47,615 bases of DNA from a virus (lineage: Duplodnaviria > Caudoviricetes): positions 1-47,615 of IMG/VR virus record IMGVR_UViG_3300036984_000055; one strand, given 5' to 3'. Positions 37,082 through 45,315 of the stretch are shown here, in pieces (position 1 is the stretch's first letter; each line of letters starts with the position of its first letter). The translations under genes and the position numbers were made by a program. Under the pieces are notes generated by a model. That model was not told where the DNA came from. It ran no database searches and worked only from the letters and a program-made list of their open reading frames with translations.

Positions 37082-39262
37082 TCACCACTTAGTGAACTTA
37101 GAGTAATCAATGCCAGGCTTGTGGTACTTGGTAAAGATACCGTAGCGGATAGAATCACAATTTGCTACAAGAACATTATTAGCGAAGTATTCGTGATGCT
37201 CTTGAACAGTGATGTTGTAGACTTTAGATTTTCTTGCGGGGATGATGTTGATATTGGCCAGCACACTTTTTACTACAATATCTTGTTTTGTCGTATTTAT
37301 AAGCCACGAAGTCTGCTCCACATCGTTCGCATTTTCTGGTCTCATCATATTTACCAGAGATCCATCCGTATTTAGTCTTGCAGGCATTTGAGCAGTATAG
37401 TCTTGATGCAAATTTTTGTTGTTGTTGACCTGCAATATTTGTGTGTATGTATTCTTTACCACACGTAATACACTTGAGATTAAAGACACCACGTCTATGC
37501 CACTTTTCACCTCCGTCTCTAGCATGAACTTCTTTTGCTTTTGCTCTACCTTCTTCTGATTTGTGCCATTCTGCTGCAAGTTTATTGCACTCTTTCCAAT
37601 GTTCTTGTCTTCTTTTGTTTGTTTTATGGTCTTTTTTAATGTGATATGACCTGTGTTCATGTGAACTAATAAGTTCAAGATTATCGATATCATTGTTACC
37701 TGGGTTCTCGTCAATATGATGTATGTCAAACCCTTCAGGTATTGTACCTTTCTCATAAGTCCATTTGTCTCTATGGAGATATGAACATTTGCCCAAGAAC
37801 CCATGGCCTCTAAAATATGGGCTTTCTTTTCCTCCAATGTACCTGCCATACTTTTTGCCATTGTAGACAACAACTTCTTGCTCTTTTGACATATTGACTC
37901 CCTTGATAATTTAAGTATTATATCTAAGTGAGTCAACTCAAGAACACTTATTTTACCATTAGAAGTAATTATAGGGTGATTACCAGTAACTATAGTACCA
38001 CCCCAATTATAAGTTTCTGATATTCTAGACATTACGTTTGTGACTGGTCTATAACCCCATCTTGTGAGAACTAAGTCTCCTATCTTTATTTTTGATATTC
38101 TCTTGTTACCCTTGCTTGTCATTACTTTAGTATTTTTACCAAAGCAAAGGTGATCATCACCTACTAGTTTTTGTCCAAACAGTTTGTTGCCCTCTGCATC
38201 TTCTCCTGTTTCTTGATACTGTAGTCCTCTTAGTTCTTTTATCAAGTTAGTAGAGTCTTTAGTCACATTGATTTTGTATTCTTGTAGCTTACGAATACCT
38301 GCTATGACAGAGTCAGGGCCTTTTAATGCTGGTCTTGCGTTGTAACCTTCTCTCTTGAGTTCTTCTATAGATTTTGGCTCTGCAGAGTCGCAATAGATTT
38401 CATCATAGTTTTTAGAGACTCCTAGTTGCTCAAATCGTCTTGCTAGTTGTTGATTAGTTAGATTTGTTTGATAGAGTAACTCATGTGCATATAGGTTGTC
38501 ACCTTTGACTAAAAGTTTAGATAGGGCAGAGGGATCAGATGAGAATCCGAAGTCAAGACCATAGAAGCATTTTTCTGTTTCATGTTCTGGGAATTTGTCT
38601 ATGATGATGAAGTCAGGGAATACAAGTCCTTCTGTTGAGCCAATTTCACCTAGACCGTAGACTCTGAACCAGTTTTTGTCGCCTCGTCTAGATTCTATTT
38701 TGTCTACAATTGCTTGTTGTAGAACTGCTTTAGAGTCAAGATATGTAGATTTGATGAAGTTCTTTGATGTGATGAACTTCTGGATCCAGAACATCTGTGT
38801 AGGATTATAGTCTACAAACGTGCATATTCTTGTTCGTACATCTAGTTCATTAAAACTTGCTAACGTGATGTTGTTTACTTCATTGATGAACAAGTAGTCT
38901 CTACCAGCACCACGTAATTTGTCAGATCTATCTGCTGAGAAAAACTCAAATGTGACGAACGAGTTGTATTCGTAGATGAAGTCTGACTTGTTCCATTTGT
39001 TTTCGTCCCATTTGTCTGCTAGAATAGTTTTAAAGTCACGAATTACACCACGGCGCAAGTGGGGTGTTGATTCTGAGACTATTGAGATTAGAGATTTAGT
39101 GTTGACAAGTGAGGCTATTAGAAGAAGGAGTTGTAGGATAGAGAACGTTTTAGAGCTTCTTGTACCTCCTTGGTTAATGATTAAACGTTCACCAGAGAGA
39201 TATATCGCTAAGTTTCTTGAGAAGACGTTTGTGGTGAACAGGGTGGGAGTCCATTGTTTGAT
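37082..39262 (-). CDS. terL: Terminase large subunit, intein-containing; start unresolved
   Basis: Frame is open upstream of the listed TTG and contains Walker A QGGTRSSKT (39146-39172); Walker B YLFINE; nuclease GLDFGF, YCDSAEPK, DDHL/CDSIRY. Confidence 0.93.
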   Translation of the reverse strand: MKQWTPTLFTTNVFSRNLAIYLSGERLIINQGGTRSSKTFSILQLLLLIASLVNTKSLISIVSESTPHLRRGVIRDFKTILADKWDENKWNKSDFIYEYNSFVTFEFFSADRSDKLRGAGRDYLFINEVNNITLASFNELDVRTRICTFVDYNPTQMFWIQKFITSKNFIKSTYLDSKAVLQQAIVDKIESRRGDKNWFRVYGLGEIGSTEGLVFPDFIIIDKFPEHETEKCFYGLDFGFSSDPSALSKLLVKGDNLYAHELLYQTNLTNQQLARRFEQLGVSKNYDEIYCDSAEPKSIEELKREGYNARPALKGPDSVIAGIRKLQEYKINVTKDSTNLIKELRGLQYQETGEDAEGNKLFGQKLVGDDHLCFGKNTKVMTSKGNKRISKIKIGDLVLTRWGYRPVTNVMSRISETYNWGGTIVTGNHPIITSNGKISVLELTHLDIILKLSRESICQKSKKLLSTMAKSMAGTLEEKKAHILEAMGSWANVHISIETNGLMRKVQYLKGLTYIILTRTQVTMISIILNLLVHMNTGHITLKKTIKQTKEDKNIGKSAINLQQNGTNQKKVEQKQKKFMLETEVKSGIDVVSLISSVLRVVKNTYTQILQVNNNKNLHQDYTAQMPARLNTDGSLVNMMRPENANDVEQTSWLINTTKQDIVVKSVLANINIIPARKSKVYNITVQEHHEYFANNVLVANCDSIRYGIFTKYHKPGIDYSKFTKW
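37160..38146 (-). mobile_element. Intein (329 aa) in TerL nuclease domain
   Basis: Starts CFGKNTKV; IKIGDLVLT; block B TGNHP; ends VYNITVQEHHEYFANNVLVAN followed by Cys+1; removal restores DDHL-CDSIRY. Confidence 0.93.
37224..37892 (-). CDS. HNH homing endonuclease with C-terminal zinc fingers, nested out of frame within the intein
   Basis: LHR..W....G.IPEGFDIHHIDENPGNNDIDNLEL...EH...H; two CxxC...YCSxxC units; AAGGGAG RBS 5 nt before ATG. Confidence 0.9.
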   Translation of the reverse strand: MSKEQEVVVYNGKKYGRYIGGKESPYFRGHGFLGKCSYLHRDKWTYEKGTIPEGFDIHHIDENPGNNDIDNLELISSHEHRSYHIKKDHKTNKRRQEHWKECNKLAAEWHKSEEGRAKAKEVHARDGGEKWHRRGVFNLKCITCGKEYIHTNIAGQQQQKFASRLYCSNACKTKYGWISGKYDETRKCERCGADFVAYKYDKTRYCSKKCAGQYQHHPRKKI

Positions 39263-39723
39263 TTTAGTTTGTCGATCATTTCTTTTGTTTCTTGATTGAT
39301 GACAACTATAGTATCTGGTTTGTTTTCTGGGATACCTTCGTGTTTTACTTTGTCTACGAGTAGAGCTTTAGTTTTGCATAGAAGCTCAAGAGCTTTGATG
39401 CGCTCATACCCTTTGTTAGTTGTTTTTACAGATTCTATTTCAAGTTGTTGTATGATTTTGGCTGCTGACCATACAAGATCCTGATTCACGAGACTTAATA
39501 GATAAGTGATTCTATTAGAGATAATTGGGATTTTTAGCACTCGTTGAAAAACAAAGGATGGTTTTTTCCACCCTGCTTTTCTACAGGATTCTTCTCCGTT
39601 TAGAGTTTTAACATACTCTTGAACGAAAAATTCATACTTTTTTCTAAGTAGAGGGATTTTAGGGTCTGGTAATTGCTTCTTAGGAGGAGGAGGAAATACA
39701 GATTCCATCTTGCGATTTATCAT
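39208..39723 (-). CDS. terS: Terminase small subunit
   Basis: FVQEYVKTLNGEESCRKAGW HTH-like segment, RIKALELL.K; directly upstream of terL. Confidence 0.85.
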   Translation of the reverse strand: MINRKMESVFPPPPKKQLPDPKIPLLRKKYEFFVQEYVKTLNGEESCRKAGWKKPSFVFQRVLKIPIISNRITYLLSLVNQDLVWSAAKIIQQLEIESVKTTNKGYERIKALELLCKTKALLVDKVKHEGIPENKPDTIVVINQETKEMIDKLKSNNGLPPCSPQTSSQET

Positions 39724-39731
39724 GAGAATAG

Positions 39732-39760
39732 AGTCTGAATAAAAACAATGATAAAGTCAA
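39732..39760 (-). promoter_or_regulatory. Candidate sigma70-type promoter for terS (possibly leaderless)
   Basis: TTGACT-N17-CAGACT ending 8 nt before the terS ATG; no SD visible. Confidence 0.35.
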
Positions 39761-39960
39761 TAAGTTTTGCCGTTGGGATACAAGTTGTGGTAGTCAGGTA
39801 AGAAAGATTTAGCATATTCTCTTATTGGGTGGCCTTTGGGATAACCAAAGAAAGAGAACAGCTTGTCATCATCCCAAGATTGAGTGAAGTCAAGCCATGG
39901 GATGAGTGCAAACTCACTTCCTCCAAGACAATTTTGCTTCTTACAGAGTGCTTTCTTTGA
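39757..39960 (-). pseudogene. Start-less C-terminal fragment resembling an Eco57I-like DNA methyltransferase
   Basis: ...EFALIPWLDFTQSWDDDKLFSFFG...FLPDY; no in-frame start before the motif. Confidence 0.45.
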
Positions 39961-39961
39961 A

Positions 39962-40453
39962 TCACTTGCACCTTATGAACTTGCCGTGTAGGATTTGTGC
40001 ATAATTGTCGTAGAGTTTTTTGGCACCAGAGATTGTTTTGTGGATGCCAATGTAGATTTTCTTTTTGTTAGATGCAATTTGTGCTTTATAGTAAATCCTG
40101 CCAGATACGTTTATTTTGGTGACACCTCTTGGGAGATCTCTTGGTTTTTTGTTTCTTAAGTATTTTCTTGAGTTGATAGAGTTTTGAGATGGTGTTGCTA
40201 GTCTCAAGTTTTTTCTTGTGTTGTTTAGACCATTTCCGTCGATATGGTCTAAATGTTTTTTAGGGAAACCTAATACTTCTCTGTGCATGAGTATGTTTCT
40301 TTTCTCATGAGATCTTGATTTTCTGATGCAATAGAATAGGTTGTCTTTTCTTCTTGTGACGTACCAAGAGTAGTGTTTGAGACGCAAGAAGTCATTGTCG
40401 TCAAGAGAGACTGTCTTAGTTTCACCTTGGTAGAGTAGTTTTAGTTTTTTCAT
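39962..40453 (-). CDS. Free-standing HNH-AP2 endonuclease
   Basis: MHREVL...DHIDGNGLNNTRKNLR.AT..QN..N; AP2-like RGV...YKAQI......YIG........YD.......HGKF. Confidence 0.9.
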   Translation of the reverse strand: MKKLKLLYQGETKTVSLDDNDFLRLKHYSWYVTRRKDNLFYCIRKSRSHEKRNILMHREVLGFPKKHLDHIDGNGLNNTRKNLRLATPSQNSINSRKYLRNKKPRDLPRGVTKINVSGRIYYKAQIASNKKKIYIGIHKTISGAKKLYDNYAQILHGKFIRCK

Positions 40454-43400
40454 GCGTATTTTTGCAACAACTTTTTGTTGTTTAGACCTCTTTCGTCATT
40501 TGGTTTTAGTTTCAAGAATTCTTCATTTGCTAGATAACTTTCTTTAGTCATCCCTAAGAAGTTGTAAGCAACACAAAGTTGGAGCCAAGAGTCTGAGATG
40601 TATCTTAATTGAAACGGTGAATGTAAATCTTGATTTCTTATAGTGTTAGCACAAACTTTGTACCAGTGAATTGCGTTTCTATATTGTTTATTTGACATAT
40701 AATTCTCTGCTAGATAGTAGTAACCTTCGTGCCTCATATCTTCTAACATTAGTGACTTGAAGATGTATTCTTTGAATTCTTGTTCATTTTTGTTAGATAG
40801 TGAGATTAATGCTAGACTTTCTAGAGCAAGTATTTTGTCCTCATAGAACATATCAGGTGATTTGATACATTTCTTGAAGTAGGGAATTGACTCTTCTTTT
40901 TTACCTGAGTCAAATAGTTCTTTTGCATAGTAAAAGTTGTATCTTGAGTCGTTTGGTTCTTCTTTTACTGCTTGTTTGAGAATCTCTAGATTGCGTTCTA
41001 GTGTTGAACCTTTTTTGTTGTGGTGAGTGAAAATGTTTTCTGTTTTTCTGTTTGGGACAAGCGGGATGCATTCGTGGATGCGACCCTCCCATTTGAGATT
41101 GCAAGAGCGTTTGATGAAGCGTTCTCTGTCTAGAATTAGTTCTGGTGAGCCATCAGAGTAGTGTGCATAAACATACTTGCACACAATCATATCTCTGTCA
41201 AATACTAGATTTCTTATTTTTTCTTTGTCTTCTTCTAGAATGTAGTCGTCATCATCACACCAGAAGATGTAGTCTGATGTGCATTTAGAGAATGCATAGT
41301 TTCTTGCAGCAGAGAAGTCATTGATCCACTTGAAGTCATAGATGCGTGCATTGTATTTTTGTGCTATTTCTTTTGTGTTGTCTGTTGATCCAGTGTCTAC
41401 TATAATGATTTCATTGAACAAATCGTGAAACGTGCTTAAGCACTTGTCTAGACATGAGCCTGAGTTTTTTACTATCATTGCAAGTGATAGAGTAGTTTTA
41501 CGTTTGGTGAACCAGCAATCAGCGAATCCGCGTGCAAATATTAAAGCGGATTCTGCCCATGTTTTGTTTTGAACGTTTTGTAGACCTTTTTGTGACCAGT
41601 GAGCCCATGTGTCTTTGTTGGTGAGCAGCTCTATAGTTTTGTTGACAAATTCAATTCTGCATTCTCGAGTTAATGATTGACCTTTAGAGCCGTTGCCAAT
41701 CAAGATCCCTGTGTCATTAACTGTTGTTTGTATACCAGCAAAGTTAGATGCTATTACTGGTAGTCCCGCAGCTTGAGCTTCAAGTGCTGTGATGCAATAT
41801 GTTTCTTCAAAGTCTGTTGGGTATACCCAGAGAGAGCTCTTCATCATTTCAATGGCTAATTGTTGTTGGGAGATTCTACCATGATAGAACACTCCTGGTT
41901 TTGACATTTCTTTTTTGATTCGTTCTATTTCTTCTTTTTGGTCAGGTCGTAGTTTTTCCCAGAGATCAAGACCGTAGAAGATGTGAAGTTCTAGATCAGG
42001 GATTTGTTGTTTGATGAAGTCAAACAAGTAGAGTAGAGTGTCTAAGCCTCTATCAAGAGAAGAAGAGTAGATGAGTCTATGAGGGTGACGTTCTTGAGGA
42101 GTTGAGAAGCGATTTAAGTCGATACCGTTAGAAGTTAGAGCAAGTTTTTCTTTTGGTAGGTTGTGATATTGAGAGACAAAGTCAAGATGCCAGTTAGATA
42201 GGACACAAAATTTGTCTATTTTGTGTGAGTATTGTACTTGTTTGCCTGAGAGCAAAAATACATCATGAATTTGTACGAATTTCTTGCCTGCTCTAATTGG
42301 TAGAGCAAAAGGCGCTTCTGTCCGCTCTGAGATAAAATAGTCAATGTAATGTTGCTCGATGTAATTTGGGAATTCGCTGAAGTGTTGATAGTTGACCCCA
42401 TTGAATGAACCTGTTTTGTCTGTGTCACAAAAACTTGTCACCCTGTAGTTAAGTTTTGCAAATTCTTCTGCTAATCTAATTTGATGAGTCTCACTTCCAC
42501 CTATCCCGCCAGAGTTGATCGAGTTGTAGTTCCATCGCTCCCAAGCAGGCCCTGAGTATAGAACTATTGATTTTTTGCCCATAATGTGTTGCAAATGCCT
42601 GTTAGTTTTTTTGTCTGATTCTTGATATGCTTGTTTATCTTCTGATTCTAGTTGTTTTCTAGATACTGCCCCGTAATGGAACACAAATGAGTTGTAGTTT
42701 TGAGCAATCTTGTATCCTGCTTTTTTGATTCTTGAGCAGTAGTCTACATCTTCTCCACTGTTAGTGAATTCTTCGTTTAGTAGACCTACTTGTTTTATCA
42801 CGTCTCTTGTTGTTATAGTGCAGTAAAAAGCAATCCACTCGAGATGGTCTAGCACCTGTGTATGAGGTGAGACATATGAATATATGGCTGGGATCAAGGG
42901 TGTTATCTCGCTAAACTCGTGACATCCAGGGAGTAAACTAAGGGTGTTGATCCTGATGTCAATGTTGTGTAGCCAGGATTTGTCACAATTTGATAGTGGT
43001 CCTACTGCACCTATTGTGTTATCTTGTAATGTAGAGATTAAATGAGTTAACCAGTTGTGAGATACAATCGTGTCGTCATTTAGGATCATCACATATTTTG
43101 AGTTACCTTGTTTGATCCCAATGTTGACTGCTTGTGCAAAGTTTAGTCTTGATTTCTTTATGTATGTGATGTCTTTTTGTAGAGTAAGAAACTCATGTAG
43201 TTCTTGTGAGTCACCATTATTGATAATGATAATGTTGTAAAACTCTTTTGTGCAAGTTCTTATAGATTCTAAGCATTGTTTGAGACCTGTTAGATTTTTG
43301 TAAGTAGGGATTATGATGTCTACTTTGGGAGTGTTTAGAGCTTGCTCCCATTTAGATGTTATTTTGTCAAGAGAGAATTCTTGTGCAGCTATAAGAGCAT

Positions 43401-43791
43401 TTTGTTTTATTTGTTCTCTTTTTTGTGGGTCTTTTAGAGTCTCTATTGCTTGTCTCCAGTCGTCTTGTGTTGTTGCTACTAATGCACAATCAGGGTATTT
43501 TTTTATGATTTCAAGATATGATGGTAATGGAGAAACAATGCAGGGTATACCTAGAGACATTGATTGTGTTAGTCTGTTGGCACTTTTACATGGTCTTGTG
43601 ATGTAGTCTTGGGGGATTATGATGACATCTGCTTGTCTGAGATGAGTTAGCCAAGTTGATCTGTCCCAGATGATGTCAGAGCCTGGCCATTCTGAGATTG
43701 TAATTAGAGAACAATTTAGTTGTTCTATTAAAGGACGTAGTTCATCTGCTAAATATTTTGACCCACCGTAGCCGAACCAGTACAGTTTCAT
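40450..43791 (-). CDS. Multi-domain glycosyltransferase: GT-B C-half + GT2 + GT4 + GT2 + TPR
   Basis: KSANRL...GIPCIVSPLPSY; VDIIIPTYK...ILNDD...GEDVDY; GGSET...YSSSLDRGL...ETYCITALEAQAAG; SLAMIVKN...DTGSTD...DFSAARN...CDDDD...WEGRIHE; helical TPR-like end. Confidence 0.92.
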   Translation of the reverse strand: MKLYWFGYGGSKYLADELRPLIEQLNCSLITISEWPGSDIIWDRSTWLTHLRQADVIIIPQDYITRPCKSANRLTQSMSLGIPCIVSPLPSYLEIIKKYPDCALVATTQDDWRQAIETLKDPQKREQIKQNALIAAQEFSLDKITSKWEQALNTPKVDIIIPTYKNLTGLKQCLESIRTCTKEFYNIIIINNGDSQELHEFLTLQKDITYIKKSRLNFAQAVNIGIKQGNSKYVMILNDDTIVSHNWLTHLISTLQDNTIGAVGPLSNCDKSWLHNIDIRINTLSLLPGCHEFSEITPLIPAIYSYVSPHTQVLDHLEWIAFYCTITTRDVIKQVGLLNEEFTNSGEDVDYCSRIKKAGYKIAQNYNSFVFHYGAVSRKQLESEDKQAYQESDKKTNRHLQHIMGKKSIVLYSGPAWERWNYNSINSGGIGGSETHQIRLAEEFAKLNYRVTSFCDTDKTGSFNGVNYQHFSEFPNYIEQHYIDYFISERTEAPFALPIRAGKKFVQIHDVFLLSGKQVQYSHKIDKFCVLSNWHLDFVSQYHNLPKEKLALTSNGIDLNRFSTPQERHPHRLIYSSSLDRGLDTLLYLFDFIKQQIPDLELHIFYGLDLWEKLRPDQKEEIERIKKEMSKPGVFYHGRISQQQLAIEMMKSSLWVYPTDFEETYCITALEAQAAGLPVIASNFAGIQTTVNDTGILIGNGSKGQSLTRECRIEFVNKTIELLTNKDTWAHWSQKGLQNVQNKTWAESALIFARGFADCWFTKRKTTLSLAMIVKNSGSCLDKCLSTFHDLFNEIIIVDTGSTDNTKEIAQKYNARIYDFKWINDFSAARNYAFSKCTSDYIFWCDDDDYILEEDKEKIRNLVFDRDMIVCKYVYAHYSDGSPELILDRERFIKRSCNLKWEGRIHECIPLVPNRKTENIFTHHNKKGSTLERNLEILKQAVKEEPNDSRYNFYYAKELFDSGKKEESIPYFKKCIKSPDMFYEDKILALESLALISLSNKNEQEFKEYIFKSLMLEDMRHEGYYYLAENYMSNKQYRNAIHWYKVCANTIRNQDLHSPFQLRYISDSWLQLCVAYNFLGMTKESYLANEEFLKLKPNDERGLNNKKLLQKYA

Positions 43792-44348
43792 GGTTTTCTA
43801 TACTTTCTCAATGACAATTCATAGCCGTTAACTACGACCCTGAAGTCTTGTTCATACACTGCTATGAGTTTGAATGCTTGCAAAATGAAATTATCACTTA
43901 ACTTAGGGATGTCACTTACGTTTTCACTCGAATCAGAGAGAGCTGGAGCGATGTTAGGTGTCTCAATCACCTTAGGTATTATGGGCGCAAGTGTAGATGT
44001 TTGATCTACAGGCCTAGCTTTTTTTGAGATTGTTGCATTAAAGAATTTTTTGCATTCTTCACAGCAAAATTTTGAGTTGTTAGATTTTGGCTCAAAGTCT
44101 TTTTTGCACTGTAGACATTGTTTTGTTGGCACTTCTTTCTCCCTTTCTTGTACTTCTTTTTCTATAAGTGACTCTAATGCTTGTTCATCATCTTTTTCTT
44201 CGTCATGTTGTGTTATTTGATCCCCCTTATCAAATGAGATTTTTCTTTGAATCCAAGGTAGAGTCAAGCAAGAACTACAATAAAGAAGATTTGGGTTACT
44301 TGCTTCAAAGTCTATCATGCAATTTCTGCAGATTTTAGTAAGGCTCAT
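43788..44348 (-). CDS. Zinc-finger protein
   Basis: CRNC...YCSSC and CLQC...FCCEEC units. Confidence 0.75.
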   Translation of the reverse strand: MSLTKICRNCMIDFEASNPNLLYCSSCLTLPWIQRKISFDKGDQITQHDEEKDDEQALESLIEKEVQEREKEVPTKQCLQCKKDFEPKSNNSKFCCEECKKFFNATISKKARPVDQTSTLAPIIPKVIETPNIAPALSDSSENVSDIPKLSDNFILQAFKLIAVYEQDFRVVVNGYELSLRKYRKP

Positions 44349-44473
44349 AGTTGTCTAATCAGTGTTTCTACTTTTTTGCCTATTACTTTCAAGATCCTAG
44401 GTGTCATTACTTTGCGACCAAGCTCTTCAAGTTGTACAGGTGTGAGTTTCTTCTTCTGTTCTTGTTTTTTCAT
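44345..44473 (-). CDS. Small basic protein, 42 aa (not in ORF track)
   Basis: AAGGAGA RBS; MKKQEQKKKLTPVQLEELGRKVMTPRILKVIGKKVETLIRQL*; ATGA overlap with next gene. Confidence 0.7.
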   Translation of the reverse strand: MKKQEQKKKLTPVQLEELGRKVMTPRILKVIGKKVETLIRQL

Positions 44474-44533
44474 TGTGTCTCCTTCTTGTGAATTCTATAC
44501 ATTTCTATTTTGTCAAGTATAAAATAGTTAAAC

Positions 44534-44725
44534 TCACTCCTTCCATAGTTCTGGCCATTCAAGAAGTGCAAGTTGTAACATGTCTTTTACTTCTTCTTTT
44601 GCAATGATGGTTTTGACATTTCTTCTTAGCATGCACATAAATCCATTCTCAATTGAGAACATCTTACTGTTATAAGAATAATTTTTCTTATAAGTTTTCT
44701 TAATCTTTTTTATAGTGAACATCAT
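44534..44725 (-). CDS. Hypothetical protein
   Basis: Abuts upstream ORF in a tightly packed run. Confidence 0.6.
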   Translation of the reverse strand: MMFTIKKIKKTYKKNYSYNSKMFSIENGFMCMLRRNVKTIIAKEEVKDMLQLALLEWPELWKE

Positions 44726-45064
44726 TCATCCTTTTACTCTAAGTCTTTTACACGTTCTTTTACCTGTTTTCTTAAAATTACTCATCAGTGCTTTTTCTAT
44801 TCTCTTTTTTTCTTCTTCACTTTCAGGTTGAAATAGATATTGAGATAAATTCATCACAGGCCAGTCAGGAGATATCGTGTTCAACTTTTCTTCACATTCT
44901 TTACACGTGCCCATAAAAATAGGAATTGATGTTATTTCTATTTTTGAATTTAATCCTCTTATTGTTGCTACAAAGTAGTCAGAAACAGTTTCAATATGCC
45001 ACATGTTGCAGTTTTGCCACCATTCTAAGAAATATTGTTCTGTTGACTTCAAGTCATTATTCAT
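44726..45064 (-). CDS. Hypothetical protein
   Basis: ATGA overlap with upstream ORF; AGGTAGGA upstream. Confidence 0.65.
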   Translation of the reverse strand: MNNDLKSTEQYFLEWWQNCNMWHIETVSDYFVATIRGLNSKIEITSIPIFMGTCKECEEKLNTISPDWPVMNLSQYLFQPESEEEKKRIEKALMSNFKKTGKRTCKRLRVKG

Positions 45065-45315
45065 GATTTCCTACCTTGTGTCTCTTTGTTTACTATCAAA
45101 AAAAGGCTATTTATTTTGTTCACAGTTTCTTGAAGTACTTCAAAAACATGGAATTGCATTTTTATGTGATGACAATCTTTACAAGTAACATTTGTGGTAT
45201 GACCTAAAATAAGACCTTCAATATAGTTTGTCATCGAGACATGATTCTCTTTTGCTTTTTTTCTTAAAATTTCTTTTGTCTCATATCTTAAGTTCAAAAA
45301 AATTGTCTCTTTCAT
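45061..45315 (-). CDS. Ribbon-helix-helix-like DNA-binding protein
   Basis: TIFLNLRYETKEILRKKAKENHVSMTNYIEGLI fits the Arc/CopG pattern; AAGGAG RBS. Confidence 0.65.
   Translation of the reverse strand: MKETIFLNLRYETKEILRKKAKENHVSMTNYIEGLILGHTTNVTCKDCHHIKMQFHVFEVLQETVNKINSLFLIVNKETQGRKS

Noticed and set aside
36794-37375. ORFs 36794-36979 (-) and 37007-37375 (+)
   Set aside because: No convincing RBS or motifs; the second is antisense to terL and the intein
39757-39964. Stop-codon reassignment or TGA readthrough from HNH-AP2 into the methylase-like fragment
   Set aside because: The fragment is in a different frame from the HNH stop, and TAA, TAG and TGA all end well-supported genes, so the standard code fits
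44492-44516. TTGACA...TAGAAT promoter on the - strand
   Set aside because: Spacer is only 13 nt, too short for a sigma70 promoter
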